Assembly (NCBI GenBank): GCA_046329495.1
Contig: JAXLUO010000002.1
Location: 268,997 to 332,996 of the forward strand
DNA length: 64,000 nucleotides
DNA from: Chitinophagales bacterium
GTDB lineage: Bacteria > Bacteroidota > Bacteroidia > Chitinophagales > LD1
Reading direction: 5' to 3'
The notes under the pieces are model-generated. The model searched no databases and was not told the DNA's origin. It saw nothing but the letters and a program-made list of their open reading frames with translations. The translations under genes and the position numbers were made by a program. This document shows positions 63,701 through 64,000 of the stretch, piece after piece (within the stretch, counting starts at the first letter, position 1; each line of letters begins with the position of its first letter).

Positions 63701-64000
63701 CGTTAATGGAGTAGAAGCAGGAGGAGGTATGCCGCCGTTTACATGCACGGTAACCGAACCATCTATAGCGCCAAAGCACGATACATCTTTAAACGAATCA
63801 ACATCTACACTTATTACACAAGCATTACCTATCACAACCGAGCTGGTATCTAAGCAAGCAACCATGTATCTACTACATAAACAGTATAAGTTGCAGCACC
63901 TAAACCGCTGAACACATTACCCAATGTCAAAAGCTGGCCACTCATTCAAAGAGTAAGTATAAGCAGGTGAACTGCCGGGCTGCGCTGATGGTAATACTAC
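60764..64000 (-). pseudogene. third tandem giant SprB-repeat / type B C-terminal domain gene, 3-prime part only, frameshifted (pseudogene or error-laden sequence); continues past the window end
   Basis: Stop TAA is at 60764-60766. The C-terminal domain is readable as ...ADGLNDRFEFDILGATDIEVSIWDRWGSRLFY...NDTYVYR / KITYFDGRTKDITGTVTLMR but is split by a frameshift near 60826-60830. Upstream minus-strand fragments (62307-62540, 62600-62851, 62875-63348 and others) are co-linear with genes 1 and 2. Confidence 0.65.

Noticed and set aside
48511-64000. The idea that the degraded paralogs are silent cassettes for antigenic variation, or targets of a diversity-generating retroelement.
   Set aside because: Each copy keeps its own C-terminal sorting domain and terminator. 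The copies are too diverged from the intact gene for recent conversion tracts. No reverse transcriptase, template repeat or recombinase is present. The lesions are indels rather than adenine-specific substitutions.

Overview
The window looks like chromosomal DNA from a Bacteroidota bacterium, probably Sphingobacteriia- or Chitinophagia-like. Support: T9SS type A and type B C-terminal sorting domains, SprB repeats, a PorP/SprF gene, mevalonate-pathway genes and no obvious Shine-Dalgarno sites. All calls come from reading motifs in the supplied translations and the DNA; no searches were run. Bases 1-7025 hold housekeeping genes: aroB-aroA, and a minus-strand operon of polyprenyl synthase, GYDIA-type GHMP kinase, diphosphomevalonate decarboxylase and mevalonate kinase. 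Most of the rest is cell-surface cargo. Five giant SprB-repeat proteins carry type B T9SS C-terminal domains (7221-14567 +, 21162-28475 +, 39370-48369 -, 48511-60549 -, 60764->64000 -), and together they cover well over half the window. Only the 21162 gene has an adjacent PorP/SprF-OmpA fusion gene, and an ECF sigma / small membrane protein / LTXXQ triad sits just upstream of it. An M43 metalloprotease carries a type A T9SS domain. The most unusual gene is 31981-35643 (-). It encodes a 1220-aa secreted collagen-like protein with about 750 aa of Gly-X-Y, 90-bp tandem DNA repeats, five register-shifting breaks, an in-frame G9 tract, and a C-terminal domain with eight HxH motifs resembling metal-binding phage fibre tips. 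No phage genes flank it. From about 52225 to the window end, the second and third tandem adhesin paralogs are broken by dense frameshifts. The onset is abrupt and falls inside a gene, so this is either pseudogene decay or, more likely, a local drop in sequence quality. No rRNA, tRNA, CRISPR array, transposase, integrase or recognisable defence system was seen.
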